From positions 416,001 through 480,000 of the forward strand of contig CAVTBU010000008.1 in assembly GCA_963733035.1 (NCBI GenBank): 64,000 nt of DNA. Direction: 5' to 3'. The notes beneath the pieces were generated by a model, which saw only the letters and a list, made by a program, of their open reading frames with translations, was not told where the DNA came from and did not search any database. The translations under genes and the position numbers were made by a program. The stretch comes from Pirellulales bacterium (GTDB lineage: Bacteria > Planctomycetota > Planctomycetia > Pirellulales > PALSA-1355). Positions 19,590-30,193 of this stretch are shown piece after piece (position 1 is the first letter of the stretch; every line of letters starts with the position of its first letter).

Positions 19590-21720
19590 CTAGGAATTAA
19601 GATCTTCGCCGATGCCGCTAAACGCCTCTCGTCGTGCCAATTCGAACGCCGGATCGTCGCAAACGGCTGCCCACTGCGAGAGGGCCAGCAGCGGAAAATA
19701 AATTGGGTAATAGTGATATCGCAGGTAGAACACTTGCGGAAAGCCTGTGCCCGTGAATTCCTTCTCGGGCCACACCCCATCCTCGCGCTGGTGTGTGACG
19801 AGATACTCTATTCCGCGGGCCACTGCGGCGCTTTTGGCTCGACCAGCGGCAATCAAACCCAACAGCGCCCAGGCCGTCTGCGAGGCCGTGGTCGGGCCTT
19901 GCCCGCGCAAATACGGCCGAGCATAGCTGTCGGGTGTTTCACCCCAACCACCCGAGGGCTGTTGGCACGACAATAACCAATTCGCGCCAAGAACCATCGC
20001 AGGGTCGTCGGCTCGTACGCCAACCGCGTTTAACCCCACAAGCACCTGCCAAGTACCGTATATGTAGTTGACACCCCAGCGCCCGAACCAGCTTCCGTCG
20101 GCCTCCTGATTACAGCAAACATAAGCCACGGCACGGTCTACGACCGGGTCGCCCAACTTACGACCGAAGCCAGCGAGCATCTCCAAGACACGCCCGGTCA
20201 GGTCAGGCGTGCTCGGGTCAATCATCGCATTGTGATCGGCAAACGGAACATGGCAGAGGAACTCATGATTGTTGTCTCGATCGAACGCGCCCCAGCCACC
20301 GTCGCGATTCTGCATCGCCAAGACCCAGTCGAGCGCTCGCTTTTGTACGCCCGCCGCGCGATCAATCTCGGTGATTCGGTGGCGTACTTCGGTTGCGGAT
20401 TTGACTCTCCCATGATCGACCCAGTTCGGATCAGGAGCGGCTTCCTGGAATGTTGCTTCCGTTTGCGAGGCCAGCGCCATCAACACCATGACCGAATCGT
20501 CAATGTCGGGATAGAATTCATTGGCATATTCAAAGCACCAACCACTCGGCTTGGCGTCGACCATGGAGGCCCAATCGCCGCTTCGCGTCACTTCTTTGTC
20601 AAGCAGCCACGCGACTGTCTTACGTGCGGCTGGGTGATTTGGGGATATTCCGCTGGCGGCCAAGGCGCGTAGGGTGATCGCCGTGTCCCACACCGGCGAC
20701 TTACACGGTTGTAGTCGAATCGTGTCGTCCTCTTCGATGATCAGTCCGTCGAGGTGTTCGTGGCAATAACGCAATTCGGGGCTGTCGTCCGTATAGCCTA
20801 GACATTTCAGTGCAATGATGCTCCAAACCATCGGTGGGAAGATCGCCCCCAAACCTTCGCTACCGACAAATCGTGCAAGCACCCATTGTTCCGCCGACTT
20901 GATCGCGCGGCGACGAAGCGGCTGCCAGACCTTCAACCGGCTGCACACCTTGAGAACCTTGTCGACCGTGCGAAAAAACCGGTCCCAGCTGAGCCATCCG
21001 GTTCCGTTCCCCTTGCCAGGGCAACGCAATGGGGGCCAATCGGCCGGCGCCTTGAGGAATAGCTCCGAAATGCCGAACTTTGGGTCGAGCCGCGCGACCG
21101 GCTGACAGGCCGACATTATCGAAAGCGGCACGATGATCGTCCGCGACCAGGCACTGACACGATACAGGTTAATTGGGGACCAGGTCGGCAAAAGCAGCAC
21201 TTCGGGTGGAACGACCGGGCATTGGTCATAGGGAATCTGGCCCAACAATGCCAAATAAAAACGAGTGAAACTGTTGACCGCATCTGCGCCGCCATGAGAC
21301 AGAATGGCGGCACGTGCCCTTTGCATGGCGGCCGAACTAGGATCGTGACCGGTCAGTTTAAGCGCGAAATAGGCCTTTACGCTGACGCTGATGTCGAGAC
21401 TGCCGCCGGGATGTGTCGTCCAGCCCCCTTCCGGTAATTGCTGCTTAAGTATGTATTTCGCCGCCTTTCGAGCAACCTCCTCCGACTGCCGGCCCAAGAA
21501 CGCCAGCAATAGGATGTATTCACTCTCGAGGATGGTGTCGCCTTCGAGTTCCGCTACCCAGTGGCCATCTGCATGCTGATGACCGAGAAGCCAATCGCGC
21601 AGTGCGCTCAATCGCTCGCTTGAGTGATAACGCGAGATGAGAATCGGCAGGAAAGGTGGAACGGGAGCCCGACGGCTCTTGGCCGGAGGGCAAGGCGCGC
21701 GAGTGCAGGTTCGTACTCAT
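19590..21720 (-). CDS. shc: Squalene--hopene cyclase; probable 1-nt insertion near 21600
   Basis: GHWVAELEGD, QPCKSPVWDTA, YPDIDD (DxDD), QW repeats, GRWGVNYIYGTW and TGTGFPQVFYLRYHYY. The N-terminus MSTNLH..LKRAIERT joins RDWLL after removing one base. GGAGG upstream of 21720. Confidence 0.95.
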
Positions 21721-21821
21721 GTTTTCTAGATGCCTCCGTGCTGCGAATCTTCCCTGATTCGCCGAGTCCGGCATTTTTGCCGATGATCACAATCTATGCC
21801 ATGCGCACAGCCACGACAAGA

Positions 21822-23972
21822 TCAGTGAGCTATCACTAGATACATCCGACCACGGTGGCCTGCTAGCATGGGTAATTCACGGAGCACGCCCGACGCGACT
21901 AATTCATCGAAGACTCGTGGCTCGACAAACTCCGCAAATCCATAGTTGCCTGGCGAACGATAGCGATCGATCTCGGGCCAATGAACGTAGACATGGGAGA
22001 TCCTGTGGTCTAGTAGCGTCGCGCGCACGTCGGCGGGCGACCGACCACGAACCAGTTGCTCGAAGATTGAATCGTCGAACACCGTATTGTATTGCGCGGG
22101 CACTTCCAAATCGAACGGCTGCGCGTCGCCAATTAACAACACCCGGCGCACCTCGTCTGCATGCTCGTTGAGGTACGCATGCCATGGATCCAAGCTTATG
22201 GATTCCTCACGCAGCACGTCGAGCGGCGCCAAATAGCGATTGTCAGAGATGGGGCCCCCGGCAATCAACACGAGGCTGTAGGCGAGGCCAACGATCAACG
22301 AACCCAGCAAGGTCCGCCGCCAGGCAAGCGAAGCGTTCCACGTTGCCCCCAAGCCAGCCAACAATGCGGCTAGCGGCCAGAGCGGTACCAAGAACCGGTC
22401 GATCCGATGCGTCAGCAACCACCACAATGCGAAAATGTAGGCAACCATCGCCACGAGCACCCATACGACCTGCCGCGATCTCCGTTGGCACAACGCTAAA
22501 CCCGCCAGCGGCACCACGAGCGGGCTGAGCCAGGTTCCAGCGATTAGGCAGGCCCACAAGCGCGTCACGAAATCCGCTAGGGCAAAGTTCGGAGGGCGGT
22601 GAGCGGCCTGCCACTGCGCTTCCTTTTCTGGCGTCCGTGTAGCGCCGTCAAAGACCTGATAGAGCAGAGGGTAAACCGGATTGCCCGTGAGTACCGCGTT
22701 CTTGGCAAACCACAAACCGCAGCCAAGCAACATGCCCGCAACAAACACTGCGCAGGCAGTTGTTGCGCTCCGGCGGCCAAGGTAAGTCCAACTGCAATAG
22801 GCGACATAGAGCGTCAGTGGCACGGCACAGTACACGACCGCCGGGTACTTTGTCGACACGGCTCCGCCCGCCAGAAATCCAGCGATTCCCAACACGCCGT
22901 TTTGGCCAAATCCACCGACTTCGGTCGGTTTACTTTGTTGCGTCCTGCCGTGCCATACGAGCATGACGAATAGCGCCGCGAACAGGTAGAACGCAAAGGC
23001 ACCCTCGATGAGCGCATGTGTGGAGACGATTGCCACCCAGGGAATGGAAAGGTAGACAAGCGCGGCTACGATTCCTGCCGCTGGAGAAGCGAATCTGCAA
23101 CCAGCCGCATAGAGTAGCAGGGAGGTCAAGGGCGCGAACAGGGCGATGAGCGTCTTGCCCACCAAAGCCCCGGTCCACCAATCGCCGGTAACGACCATGG
23201 CGCACAGGGCCAACATCTCGGCCCCCAACGGCATGTTCGCGTAGACATTGTGCGGCAGAAACGTGATTCGACCCGCCTGAAAGAACTCCTTCGGAGCCTG
23301 CAAATGGTATTCGCGGACATCAAAGTCCATTGGCGGCAGCATGGCTGAACCGATGATCGCCAGGGTAAACGGGAGGAGTAGCCAAAGCCATTGCGGACGC
23401 CAACTCCACGTTGTCATTGCGTCCGGCGTGAGCGGACCGGGGGAGATCTTGCAGGTTCCCGACTCGCATCCGCGAAACCGTCTCATCGCGGCCGCAGCAA
23501 TGCCGGCGGCAATTCCGCCCCCTAGGAACAGATCGGCCCGTAATCGTCCCGCCAGCCCCAGTGCCAATGTGATGATCGACACAGCGTTCATTCCGACTCC
23601 AATTGCCAGCAGCGTCATTTCCAAGCGGGTCACCACGCGATCGACGCGCAACAGCCGCAGGATGAGCCAGCCGACCGAGGTCGCTCCACCGAGAATGCCG
23701 CTGGCTACAAACAGAATCCAAAGCCGCTCACCGAGCGAATCCCATGTCACGCCGCGAAACCAGGCGGCAACCAAGTCGTCCGGGCGCAGCAACGAGACCA
23801 ACAGGTACTCGCCGCGCGGCGTTTCGGTTGCATCTTTCGCGGGCATTAGGAGGAACACCGCGACGTACCCGATCAGCCAAGCGCACGCCAAAACCACGGC
23901 ACCCGGGCTGGATGCCATCACGGGCCCGCTGCTTGATGCCTGACGACGAAGTTTTGACGCCGAGTTGCTCAC
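21822..23972 (-). CDS. Multi-pass membrane glycosyltransferase, GT-C/ArnT/PMT-like
   Basis: Many TM helices with PPMDFDVREYHLQAPK, NVYANMP, STKYPA, KNAVLTGNPVYP and RIDRF. Start is uncertain (23918/23972/24032). Confidence 0.7.
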   Translation of the reverse strand: MSNSASKLRRQASSSGPVMASSPGAVVLACAWLIGYVAVFLLMPAKDATETPRGEYLLVSLLRPDDLVAAWFRGVTWDSLGERLWILFVASGILGGATSVGWLILRLLRVDRVVTRLEMTLLAIGVGMNAVSIITLALGLAGRLRADLFLGGGIAAGIAAAAMRRFRGCESGTCKISPGPLTPDAMTTWSWRPQWLWLLLPFTLAIIGSAMLPPMDFDVREYHLQAPKEFFQAGRITFLPHNVYANMPLGAEMLALCAMVVTGDWWTGALVGKTLIALFAPLTSLLLYAAGCRFASPAAGIVAALVYLSIPWVAIVSTHALIEGAFAFYLFAALFVMLVWHGRTQQSKPTEVGGFGQNGVLGIAGFLAGGAVSTKYPAVVYCAVPLTLYVAYCSWTYLGRRSATTACAVFVAGMLLGCGLWFAKNAVLTGNPVYPLLYQVFDGATRTPEKEAQWQAAHRPPNFALADFVTRLWACLIAGTWLSPLVVPLAGLALCQRRSRQVVWVLVAMVAYIFALWWLLTHRIDRFLVPLWPLAALLAGLGATWNASLAWRRTLLGSLIVGLAYSLVLIAGGPISDNRYLAPLDVLREESISLDPWHAYLNEHADEVRRVLLIGDAQPFDLEVPAQYNTVFDDSIFEQLVRGRSPADVRATLLDHRISHVYVHWPEIDRYRSPGNYGFAEFVEPRVFDELVASGVLRELPMLAGHRGRMYLVIAH

Positions 23973-24196
23973 GTTCGAAAGTCTCAAGAATTGGCCGTTT
24001 TGCCGGCATTCGCAACTACAAACCGCTGCCAATCGCTGGTTTTCAAGCTAGGTTTGCCTAGCTAGACTGGCATCAACCGCCGTACGCGGCACAGGCCAGG
24101 GCATCGCGGGCCGCCTCCCTCTAGTGTATCTCCCGCAACGGCCGCCATCCTACAACGCACCGTTTCCGCGCCACTAACCTCTCCACACGACCCAAC

Positions 24197-25216
24197 ATGG
24201 CTGCCGACAAACTTCAAGGAATCTTCACTCCCAATATTGTGCCGCTCGACGCACGCGGCGAGATCAACGAACCCGAACTGCGGCGCTACACCGATTGGCT
24301 CATTGAGCGCGGAGTGCATGGGCTGTATCCCAACGGGTCGACCGGTGAGTTCACACGGTTCACGACCGAGGAGCGGCGACGGATTATTGCGATCATGGCC
24401 GACCAGAACCATGGCCGCGTGCCGATTTTGGCCGGCGCCGCCGAAGCGAATACCCGAGAAACAATCGCGGCCTGCGAGTATTACCACTCGCTGGGCGTGC
24501 GGGCGGTAGCCATCGTTTCGCCGTTCTACTACAAACTCAGCCCGCAGGCAGTGTACGCCTACTTCAAGGAGATTGGCGACAACACGCCGATTGACGTCAC
24601 TCTGTATAACATTCCAATGTTCGCCTCGCCGATCGACGTGCCGACGGTGCAAAGGCTGAGCGAGGAGTGCGAGAAGATCGTGGCGATCAAGGACTCCTCC
24701 GGCGACTTGCCCCACATGATTCGCATGATCCAGGCCGTGCGGCCGAACCGTCCGGACTTCACCTTCCTCACCGGTTGGGATGCCGCACTGATGCCAATGC
24801 TGCTGATCGGTTGCGACGGCGGCACCAATGCCACCAGCGGCGTCGTGCCCGAAATTACGCGAAAGCTCTACGATCTGACGGTCGCCCGGCGGATCGATGA
24901 AGCCCGCGAGTTGCAATTCAAACTCGTCACGCTGTTCGACAAGATGATTTTGTCGGCCGACTTTCCCGAGGGCTTCCGGGCGGCCTTGCGACTTCGGGGC
25001 ATCGACACCGGCGTCGGCCGCCAACCGTACTCGCCGGTCCAGCACCTGCAGCTCGAGACGCTGACCAACTCGCTGGCTTGCCTGCTGGCCGAGGAAGGCT
25101 TTGCCGACGAGCCGATCGGTGGCTGCCCGGTTGGAGCTGAGAAGATCGACCCACAGCAAGTCGGTCGAATTGTGCAGGGCGTGCTGGCCGAGCTCAAGCA
25201 ACGGGGACTGGCTTAG
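24197..25216 (+). CDS. DapA/NAL-family class I aldolase with C-terminal extension resembling a microcompartment encapsulation peptide
   Basis: GSTGE, YNIP and AIKDSSG (Schiff-base Lys). It lacks the DapA YNIPGRT Arg. Tail: [35 protein letters not shown]. Confidence 0.88.
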   Translation: MAADKLQGIFTPNIVPLDARGEINEPELRRYTDWLIERGVHGLYPNGSTGEFTRFTTEERRRIIAIMADQNHGRVPILAGAAEANTRETIAACEYYHSLGVRAVAIVSPFYYKLSPQAVYAYFKEIGDNTPIDVTLYNIPMFASPIDVPTVQRLSEECEKIVAIKDSSGDLPHMIRMIQAVRPNRPDFTFLTGWDAALMPMLLIGCDGGTNATSGVVPEITRKLYDLTVARRIDEARELQFKLVTLFDKMILSADFPEGFRAALRLRGIDTGVGRQPYSPVQHLQLETLTNSLACLLAEEGFADEPIGGCPVGAEKIDPQQVGRIVQGVLAELKQRGLA

Positions 25217-25713
25217 CCCGCCACGCGGCACGCGCAGGAACCCGCTGCGGCGACATCGCCCCCATATTTTGTGTCGGGCTGGCTCGCATCGTTTTCTCGA
25301 AAATTGTCGTTGAGCCGGGTCGCGGCGGGAGTTTTTCGTCGCAAACTTCTTTTCCATGGGAGGCCGAAAAACCCCGCGCTGAATGTCACCCAAATACGCC
25401 ATTCCTCCTTGCTTAACCATGGCCGTGACTACCTCGCCGTCCCTCTAAAATCCAACCAGCATACGTTAGCCTAGGTGGCGGCCCGATTTCAAACCGATGT
25501 GGCTGGGCACCGGGGATTGTGGTCGTTGCCACGTTCGCGAGCGGCACTCAGACGGCGGGGGCGTAGAATCCTAGAGTCAAAGCCTTTTTGACGTCGGTGT
25601 CCTATTTGGCTGTCAAGTTGCGCCTAGAGGAATAGCGGGCGAACGAGTCTCCCGTCCGCTGAACTGTCCTTTTCCCCGGGGATTGCGTAGCGGCCCTCCC
25701 TGGGGTGTCTGCT

Positions 25714-25760
25714 GCGAAGCCCGCGTCGCGTAAATTTGCGGCGCGGGCTTTGCCTTTTTG
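25714..25760 (+). terminator. Intrinsic terminator-like hairpin in an intergenic region
   Basis: 17-bp stem 25714-25730 / 25737-25753 whose three non-Watson-Crick positions are all G-U on the + strand, with a 6-nt loop, followed by CTTTTT. Confidence 0.65.
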
Positions 25761-26066
25761 GCGATCCGGCGCTTACTTGCCTGAGACGCCCGACACGTCA
25801 AGTTTGCATTTCTTGCGGCCAGAATGGCCGAGGGACTTCGCCCCAATCAACGGACACTGCGGCCTAGGTATTACGCGATTTCATTGGTCCCGCCCGTACG
25901 ACCACTGGTCCCTACAATCGGTTATAACCGCAGAATTGTATGCCGCGCGTTCGTGCACGCCGTTCGCGCAAACGGGTTCTGTGGACAGTCGTCCGGCCGC
26001 GAATCAGGATGGAAGTTTCTGTCCTCCACCCGCGTTCACGACAGTCTCCACACAGCGATTCCCATC

Positions 26067-27422
26067 ATGACCGTCCGACGAGCGATTGCCTGCGGCTTTC
26101 TGATTCTCTCAATAGTACATGCCGATGCCTGGGCCGCGCAGCCGCTGTCGGTGCAGTTCCAGAACGAGTCGGGCCACGCGGATTCCGATGTCTACATCGG
26201 GTTCGTCGGACCAGGAGCCCTTAACGCCACGAACGCCGCCAATGGCACGCCACTGGCGGTCAGCCAATACGGCGCCGAACACTGGTACACGCTCGACTCG
26301 CTCCCTCAGGGCATCGACTTGGCGTCATTCAGCGGCCGCATTTATGTGGGCTACGGCAGCCCCTGGTCGTTTCCCTATGCCGGCTACGAACCTTCGCCGT
26401 CCTCGCCGAGCGACCCGAACTACCTGAATCGCTACGACAAGATGGAACTCACATACAACGGGAATCCGGCCGACGTCGCGGACACCACGTCGATCGACTA
26501 CTTCAGCGTGCCCATGCGGCTGAACGTTTTTCAGGGGGGCACGTCGGGCACGTTGAAAGGAAGCCTCTCGGCATCGTCCACGCAAACGACGGTCGACGCC
26601 GTGCGCGGCCTGACGACACCGCCGGACGCGGCTGTGGTGACTAACGGCAGCGGCGACTTCGTGCGTGTCATCGGCCCTAGCGCCTATCCACCAGCTCCCG
26701 GCTTGCCGGCGTCACCGTATGGCAGCTTCGATCCGTATCTGACCTACCTACGAGACGACTACGCACCCTCGCACGGCGGCACCATGGCCACGATCAAAGG
26801 TCATTTCAACGGCGTGGGTCCCTCGCCAGTGACTGCAGACACGATGGCGCAGGACTATAACTTCACGGCGACCATCGACGCCCAGAAGGATATCATTCTG
26901 ACAGGCAGCGCCACCGACATCGGTTCGCACACGCTCCTGTTTTTGCACGACGACCTGATCAATCCGTCGGGTATCTACGGCGCTAATCCGACGTTTTACC
27001 TGGATGGCTCGTCGATCGCCTCGACGCCGCAGAACGATGTCTACGGTTGGATCATCGGCGATTTGCTTGCGGGTTTGAACATCGGAGCGGTCGGGAGCAC
27101 GGTGCTCGACGGCCCAGTTCAGGTGGGCACCCTGGATAGCCAGGACTGGTTCACCCTTTCCAACCTGTTTTCCGGCCTACAGCCCGGACACGCGAACTAC
27201 TATAACCAGTGGGCGGCTTCGATGAGCACGATTTCCGAAGCCTATAATTTTGCCTACTCCGATCGTTTCGCGCACGTCACGGCTCCGCTCGACCCAGCGA
27301 AAGTTGACACGCTACAAATCGTGTTTCTCGGCCAAGTACCCGAACCATCGAGCTATGCGATGTTGGCGATGGGAGCGGGCTTGCTGCTGGGTATGCATCT
27401 TCGCGCGAAGCGCCACGGTTGA
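26067..27422 (+). CDS. PEP-CTERM protein with GH64/thaumatin-like beta-1,3-glucanase-type domain
   Basis: Signal peptide; SGRIYVGYG, PSSPSDPNY, DKMELTY, TSIDYFSVP and YNFAYSD resemble GH64 motifs; C-terminal VPEPSS + TM + basic tail. Confidence 0.72.
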   Translation: MTVRRAIACGFLILSIVHADAWAAQPLSVQFQNESGHADSDVYIGFVGPGALNATNAANGTPLAVSQYGAEHWYTLDSLPQGIDLASFSGRIYVGYGSPWSFPYAGYEPSPSSPSDPNYLNRYDKMELTYNGNPADVADTTSIDYFSVPMRLNVFQGGTSGTLKGSLSASSTQTTVDAVRGLTTPPDAAVVTNGSGDFVRVIGPSAYPPAPGLPASPYGSFDPYLTYLRDDYAPSHGGTMATIKGHFNGVGPSPVTADTMAQDYNFTATIDAQKDIILTGSATDIGSHTLLFLHDDLINPSGIYGANPTFYLDGSSIASTPQNDVYGWIIGDLLAGLNIGAVGSTVLDGPVQVGTLDSQDWFTLSNLFSGLQPGHANYYNQWAASMSTISEAYNFAYSDRFAHVTAPLDPAKVDTLQIVFLGQVPEPSSYAMLAMGAGLLLGMHLRAKRHG

Positions 27423-27769
27423 GGTCGAACTTCCGGGTCCAGCAACGGACGCTCTCTTGCGGCAGGTTGCTACGTCGTCGCGCTTGGCCATTGGCCGTCG
27501 TAAATTGTCCGGAAGTGTGCTCGTCGAGACAAATTCGGCGCGTTTGTGTGCCGCACATGGCGCGCAGCGGCGCACCCTTTCGAGGGAGCGTTCTCATCGC
27601 GAATGTCAAGAATGCGACAATTGTAGGGCTACTGCCTAAACCACCTTTCTCGGCACCGGAAATGCTCTTCTCCATCGGCGGTGGTAGCAAGTATTGCTTC
27701 TTGGCAGGTGTTTGCCAGGAAGCGCAAATGTGGCTTTTAATGGCTCCGATCGCGATCGAGGAGGGTGCT

Positions 27770-28459
27770 GTGTTGCGCTACTTGTCCTGGGCCCTATTGG
27801 GTTTGCTCTATGGTCTCATTTGCTCGACCGCGAGCGCCGAAGCGATCGTTTTTTTCAACAGTTCGCAACTTGCAACGACGGTAAACACAGGCGTGACGTC
27901 AGATACGATAAGCAGCAACGGTTATTTGTTCACATACACGCTAGACAAGTTATTTACCGGCGGCGTCGGATTGACCGAGCCAATCGGTCGCCCAATTGCC
28001 GTATCGTGGCCCAGCGGCGTCGAGGCGCAGGCGGTAACGAGCGGCCCGAACCCAAGCGGGGCGCGAATCGTTATTCAGCGGGTCGATGGCGATGTGTTTG
28101 ACCTGGCCGCGTTCACGGCAAAAATACTTGCAAACACGGGTGGAGCCGGCGCATCCTTTGAAATCATGCCGTCTCTCAATGGAGAAGACGCCTTCAGCGA
28201 TCCGCTCTACTTCGATGCCACCGGCTACTACGGCAGCACCTTTTCCTACACCTCGTCTCCCAACTATTTGGGCAGCACGGCGCTGCTGAAAGGATACGAT
28301 CGATACACCATCGGTCTATACGTCGATTTTGCATTGACGGCACTCACGCTGGAAGGCGCGCCAGTGGTGCCCGAACCCGCGACTATAGCGCTGGCAGCTC
28401 TGGGCACTGGCGCCCTGGCAGCGGTCGGCATGCGACGAAGACGATTGCGACGGTTTTGA
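27770..28459 (+). CDS. PEP-CTERM surface protein of unknown function
   Basis: GAGGAGG RBS, signal peptide ending ASA-E, and C-terminal VVPEPAT + TM + MRRRRLRRF. Confidence 0.82.
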   Translation: MLRYLSWALLGLLYGLICSTASAEAIVFFNSSQLATTVNTGVTSDTISSNGYLFTYTLDKLFTGGVGLTEPIGRPIAVSWPSGVEAQAVTSGPNPSGARIVIQRVDGDVFDLAAFTAKILANTGGAGASFEIMPSLNGEDAFSDPLYFDATGYYGSTFSYTSSPNYLGSTALLKGYDRYTIGLYVDFALTALTLEGAPVVPEPATIALAALGTGALAAVGMRRRRLRRF

Positions 28460-28536
28460 TTCGCGATTGCATTGTGGGGAACGTCGTAGCCTGATAAGTG
28501 ATGGCGCGACGGCTTGGGGTTGGTGCTGAGATCGGC

Positions 28537-29481
28537 TCAAGGATGGGGTTGAAGCGTGCGCGAAAAGAATTGGTTGACCGCCGGCACGAGCCAATCGACG
28601 CGGATCAATGAGTGGGGGCAGTGGGCTGCCTTGCCCAGGCGAACGTAGCTCACGTCTTTGAGCCCGGCATTGTGGAGCGCAACGACGAATCGGTCCGCCG
28701 TTTCAACTCCGACCTGCGAGTCTGCGCCGCCGTATATCAGCAGCAAGGGGGGTGTTTGCGGTGAGATATGGTTGGCTGGCGAGGCCAAAGCGTACTTGGC
28801 GACGCGCGAACCACTCGGAGCACCTCCCAGGAATTGAGAGATTGCCGATCGGATCTGATTGTGGTCGTACTGATAGCGAAGATCGATGGGACCGCTGTCG
28901 CTAACCACGGCTTGCACCGTGCTGCAGTACTCTTGGTAGGGTCCGTCTCCCTCGAGATCGGCGGTTTTGTCGACCATTCCCAGCATCAACGCCAAGTGGC
29001 CGCCCGCTGAGTTTCCCCAGGCGCCGATCATGCGTGGGTCGATCTGATACCTTGCGGCATTGGCCCTCAGCCACCGAACGGCGCACTTGCAATCGTGAAG
29101 TGCCGCCGGGAATGGAGCTTGATTTGAGAGTCGGTAGTTGATTGACACGGCGACCATGCCAAGTTTTGCAAAGTCGATGATATTGCCCGGCGGGCGATTG
29201 TCGCCAGTTGAGAAGCTCGATTTGTCTCCTTCGAGCCAGCCACCGCCATGAATTACGATGATCGCCGGTCGCGGCTTGCCCCGATAGTCTTTCTGCATCG
29301 CGAGGTCGAGAACCCATTCTTTCACAGAACCTTCGCGGTATCGCAGGTTATGCAGCACGACGATGTCGTCGGCAGTACGCTCATCAGCGGCGGCAAGCGT
29401 CTTGACGACAATACTCTCACCGAGCGTGAGGAGGAGTAAGAAGGCGATGCCTGCGCGTATCAATGTGATATCGCGATCCAT
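28537..29481 (-). CDS. Secreted alpha/beta hydrolase (HSL/BD-FAE-like esterase)
   Basis: Signal peptide, HGGGW oxyanion motif, INYRL, GNSAGG nucleophile elbow, and C-terminal Asp (GGADSQV) and His (AAHCPH). Confidence 0.9.
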   Translation of the reverse strand: MDRDITLIRAGIAFLLLLTLGESIVVKTLAAADERTADDIVVLHNLRYREGSVKEWVLDLAMQKDYRGKPRPAIIVIHGGGWLEGDKSSFSTGDNRPPGNIIDFAKLGMVAVSINYRLSNQAPFPAALHDCKCAVRWLRANAARYQIDPRMIGAWGNSAGGHLALMLGMVDKTADLEGDGPYQEYCSTVQAVVSDSGPIDLRYQYDHNQIRSAISQFLGGAPSGSRVAKYALASPANHISPQTPPLLLIYGGADSQVGVETADRFVVALHNAGLKDVSYVRLGKAAHCPHSLIRVDWLVPAVNQFFSRTLQPHP

Positions 29482-29581
29482 TCGTTCAGCTCACTTTCTA
29501 GGATACCGGTAGAGACCGTTCGTCTAGGCCATCTTCACTCCGCTATCCGTCAGAATGGGTACCGATGGAGTCTCCCGTGGA

Positions 29582-30133
29582 CTACTTCGTTGACCGACGC
29601 CAGTCGGCGAGGGACAAAACCTCCGCGTAGGCAAACGCCAAAGCCGCCATCGCGGTACCATGGACGTCAGCGGCGGTTATCTTGTGGCCAGAGAAAGTTT
29701 GATCGCAGGTGGCGCAGGCGTCATGCACAACCTGGCAGCGATAGTCAAGGTCGGCGGCCGCGCGGGTTGTCCCTTCGACACACATGTGGCTCATCGCGCC
29801 GCAGATCAACAGCGAGTCGACTCCGAAGTGATCGAGAATCTCCTGGAGGTCCGTGTGCAGGAACGAATTCACCTGGTGCTTGGTGACGATGCGTTCGCCC
29901 TCGGCCGGTGCGACCGACGCGTGGATTTCGGCGCCACTCGATTCGGGCCGAAAGAATGGCGCCTGCGGACTCTCGAAGACGTGCCGCACGTGCACCAGCG
30001 GCCGCTGCTGGGCACGAAACTGGTCAACTAGCTCGGCAGCCGCGCGGCTGGCGGCATCAATGCCCGACAGCGGCAGTGCTCCGCCTGGGAAATAGTCGTT
30101 TTGCAGATCGATCACAAGCAGTGCCTGAGACAT
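29582..30133 (-). CDS. Isochorismatase-family cysteine hydrolase
   Basis: ALLVIDLQNDYFPGG, TKHQVNSF, GAMSHMCV and DACAT (Asp-Lys-Cys triad). Confidence 0.92.
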   Translation of the reverse strand: MSQALLVIDLQNDYFPGGALPLSGIDAASRAAAELVDQFRAQQRPLVHVRHVFESPQAPFFRPESSGAEIHASVAPAEGERIVTKHQVNSFLHTDLQEILDHFGVDSLLICGAMSHMCVEGTTRAAADLDYRCQVVHDACATCDQTFSGHKITAADVHGTAMAALAFAYAEVLSLADWRRSTK

Positions 30134-30193
30134 GGGTCTTACCTCGCGGACGATGATTTGTGCGGTGAACGGTCGGGGGTGCGTCAATTGCCT

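Noticed and set aside
24062..25420. 452-aa ORF antisense to the DapA-family aldolase
   Set aside because: It has no recognisable motifs and is the expected stop-free shadow of a GC-biased gene on the opposite strand.
25815..25865. GAGGGAC..GCCC resembling a SAM-I riboswitch core
   Set aside because: It lacks the ATC/AGA and GCAACC elements and the P1 pairing, and the downstream gene is unrelated to sulfur metabolism.
27419..27769. Long N-terminal extensions given by the ORF track (also 25824-26066, 58843-59076, 60926-61138)
   Set aside because: Better starts with RBS, signal peptide or family N-terminus lie downstream, and some extensions overlap neighbouring genes.
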